Below are positions 16,188 through 16,522 of a stretch of 16,522 bases of DNA, piece by piece (position 1 is the stretch's first letter; the number at the start of each line of letters is the position of its first letter). This stretch comes from Elainellaceae cyanobacterium. GTDB taxonomy: Bacteria; Cyanobacteriota; Cyanobacteriia; CAZCXK01. A program made the position numbers and the translations under genes. The notes beneath the pieces were generated by a model, which had not been told where the DNA came from, made no database searches, and was given only the letters and a program-made list of their open reading frames with translations. Where the stretch lies: positions 31,124 through 47,645 of the forward strand of contig JBNPEG010000058.1 of the NCBI GenBank assembly GCA_051117555.1, read 5' to 3'.

Positions 16188-16196
16188 AATATTCCC
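16188..16196 (-). promoter_or_regulatory. Candidate SigJ-type extended -10 box (GGGAATATT) for the V4R operon
   Basis: 8/9 match to the GGGAATACT J-box of Nostoc punctiforme, about 220 nt upstream of ATG 15969. Confidence 0.3.
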
Positions 16197-16249
16197 TGAG
16201 TTAGACAAATCTAACCAATCTGAATAAAAGTTTTTAAAGACTTTAAGCA

Positions 16250-16293
16250 GTTGATGATCATTGAAGAGGTTGATGATCATTAAAGAGGTTGAT
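16250..16293. repeat. 19-bp direct repeat x2.3, each full unit containing palindromic ATGATCAT; possible operator
   Basis: GTTGATGATCATTGAAGAG / GTTGATGATCATTAAAGAG / GTTGAT. Confidence 0.7.
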
Positions 16294-16522
16294 TTTATTC
16301 TTCAAAGTGTCTAATCTATAACAAAATCCACGATTATCTGGGCGGTTGCCTGTAGATAGCGTCCTCAGCCTTGGCGTCTCGTTAAGAGTCATGGCCTAAG
16401 TTACGTGGCTAACGCTATATCGAATGTCGGAAGCGATCGCCAAATCAGTAATGTTTCCCTATCTCCCACAGTTTTTGAGAGATTAATTGAGGAAACATTA
16501 CCGATCTGTTTAATTCATTCGG

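Overview
Cyanobacterial chromosomal window. About 23 HIP1 octamers (GCGATCGC) and a Ni-SOD suggest a non-picocyanobacterial, possibly filamentous strain; that taxonomic reading is inference. Genes left to right: 5' part of a CHAD-domain gene (-); a GTAG-type REP pair enclosing a hierarchical 21/63-bp tandem array; stand-alone ureC; a secreted pentapeptide-repeat protein; a structured intergenic region with an unannotated 49-aa His/acid-rich ORF; a GT4 glycosyltransferase; a rhomboid protease; a SufR-like (COG2345-type) Cys-rich HTH regulator divergent from sodN-sodX; recJ; trxC and nnrU/Z-ISO. The window ends with a minus-strand cluster (V4R, short-motif protein, phycobiliprotein-like globin, V4R, Ser/Thr kinase) resembling a reduced Synechocystis slr0144-slr0152 ('Pap') operon, interrupted by an 84-bp MITE-like palindrome. 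One end of that MITE recurs at about 3.4 kb with a different hairpin. The best candidates for new biology are the V4R/globin/kinase signalling module, the Fe-S-type regulator facing Ni-SOD, the small His-rich ORF between two Ni enzymes, and the modular hairpin elements. All calls are by-eye motif recognition; no database searches were run.
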